DNA of 64,000 nucleotides from Escherichia coli (GTDB lineage Bacteria; Pseudomonadota; Gammaproteobacteria; Enterobacterales; Enterobacteriaceae): NCBI RefSeq assembly GCF_024298765.1, contig NZ_CP101210.1; one strand, 5' to 3'. Shown piece by piece: positions 62,959 to 64,000 of this stretch (position 1 is its first letter; each line of letters starts with the position of its first letter). The notes under the pieces were generated by a model. It saw only the letters and a program-made list of their open reading frames with translations, ran no database searches and was not told where the DNA came from. The position numbers and the translations under genes were made by a program.

Positions 62959-63237
62959 TCAGGTATGCTGGCAATCCCCCTCATCATCGCAATCGAACTT
63001 ATCGGGATTAAAATCGGACAGTAACCGGGAATCTTGTTTATTGGCTAAATTGGCAATGCGCCAGAGGCGGGACAAATTAACGTCCGGCAGTTCGGAGAGG
63101 ATCTCATCTTTTTTCCCCTTCTGTTCGGCAACGTAAACAGTGCCTTTCTCCTGCTGGCGGTAATAAAAATCCGCGCCCCAGGAAGGTGAAATGGAGAGAG
63201 GTAATGCGGCGATTAATAACCAACTGCGCTTAACCAT
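62959..63237 (-). CDS. Hypothetical small secreted protein with signal peptide, accessory
   Basis: MVKRSWLLIAALPLSISPSWG-ADF... has a Sec-type n/h/c signal-peptide layout and an acidic Cys-containing C-terminus (DCDDEGDC); the ORF track starts it 8 codons earlier at a TTG. Confidence 0.5.
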   Translation of the reverse strand: MVKRSWLLIAALPLSISPSWGADFYYRQQEKGTVYVAEQKGKKDEILSELPDVNLSRLWRIANLANKQDSRLLSDFNPDKFDCDDEGDCQHT

Positions 63238-63322
63238 AATGAACTCTGCAATGAGTGGCAAAGATTCACGGTAAGCCCGCGCCTGGGGGGATGTCGATGA
63301 CGGTAAGTTTTTTTAGGAATGT

Positions 63323-63352
63323 ATAAAGACAAAGGCACCCGCAGGTGCCTTT
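63323..63352 (-). terminator. Putative cycA terminator hairpin
   Basis: aaaggcacccgcaggtgccttt palindrome about 20 nt downstream of the cycA stop; weak U-tract. Confidence 0.5.
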
Positions 63353-63371
63353 CAGAGTGATAAACGCGGCA

Positions 63372-64000
63372 TTACTTCGCCATGCGTTTTTTACCAATAA
63401 ACAACCAGCCCAGCCCCAGCAAGATAAACCATAACGGGGTAACTATCAGCGCCTGGCGAGTGTCATCTTCCAGTGTCAGCAGCACGATCACGAACACAAA
63501 GAACGCCATACATACCCAGCACATCAGCTTACCGAGCGGCATCTTGTAGATTGATTTCTCATGCAGGTGCGGACGCTGTTTGCGATACACCAGGTACGAG
63601 CAAAGGATAATCGTCCAGACGAACATAAACAGGATCGCGGAAACCGTCGTGATCATCGTGAACGCACCAATCACGCTGGGATTCACATACAACATCACCA
63701 CGCCGCCGAGCAGACAGATGCAGGAGAAGGTCAGCCCTTTCGCGGGTACTGCGCGCTTAGAGAGTTTAGCGAACGCTTTCGGTGCCACACCTTCCTGCGC
63801 CAGACCAAACAGCATACGGCTGGTAGAGAAGACGCCACTGTTAGCGGAAGACGCCGCAGACGTCAGCACCACAAAGTTAATCACGCTTGCGGCAGCAGGC
63901 AGACCTACCAATACAAACAGTTCAACAAACGGGCTTTTCTCCGCGACCACCGAACTCCACGGCGTCACAGACATAATCACAATCAGCGCGAAGACGTAGA
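63372..64000 (-). CDS. cycA: D-serine/D-alanine/glycine transporter (APC family), 3' portion; 5' end lies beyond the window
   Basis: C-terminal hydrophobic TM segments ending ...LGLGWLFIGKKRMAK; frame continues past position 64000. Confidence 0.88.
   Translation of the reverse strand, partial: YVFALIVIMSVTPWSSVVAEKSPFVELFVLVGLPAAASVINFVVLTSAASSANSGVFSTSRMLFGLAQEGVAPKAFAKLSKRAVPAKGLTFSCICLLGGVVMLYVNPSVIGAFTMITTVSAILFMFVWTIILCSYLVYRKQRPHLHEKSIYKMPLGKLMCWVCMAFFVFVIVLLTLEDDTRQALIVTPLWFILLGLGWLFIGKKRMAK

Overview
This window reads as an Escherichia coli chromosome segment running from the leuX tRNA locus to cycA, in reverse orientation relative to K-12 numbering. All gene calls rest on recognising the translated ORFs and their synteny from memory; no database search was run. 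About 50 core genes are recognisable in collinear order: ahr, yjgR, lptGF, pepA-holC-valS, yjgN, yjgM, rraB, argI, yjgL, tabA, bdcR/bdcA, yjgH, pyrLBI, ridA, mgtA, treRBC, nrdDG, cybC, pmbA, yjgA, mpl, fbp, yjfF-ytfTRQ, ppa, ytfP-tamBA, msrA, ytfL/K/J/I, cysQ, cpdB, ytfH, qorB, ytfF, ytfE and partial cycA. Most of the window is ordinary core genome. The candidate for an undescribed system is a roughly 2 kb two-gene insertion between ytfE and cycA, encoding a small signal-peptide protein and a 373-aa Trp/Tyr-rich protein I cannot place in any family. Other points worth a second look are: a P4-type integrase directly downstream of tRNA-Leu(CAA), marking an island whose body lies off the window start; absence of the idn and chpSB loci that K-12 carries here; an AT-rich yjgL with an in-frame 18-bp tandem repeat; a pyrBI attenuator T-run of 7 rather than the 8 I recall for K-12; and a possibly disrupted ytfI. 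No CRISPR array, IS element or rRNA was seen.
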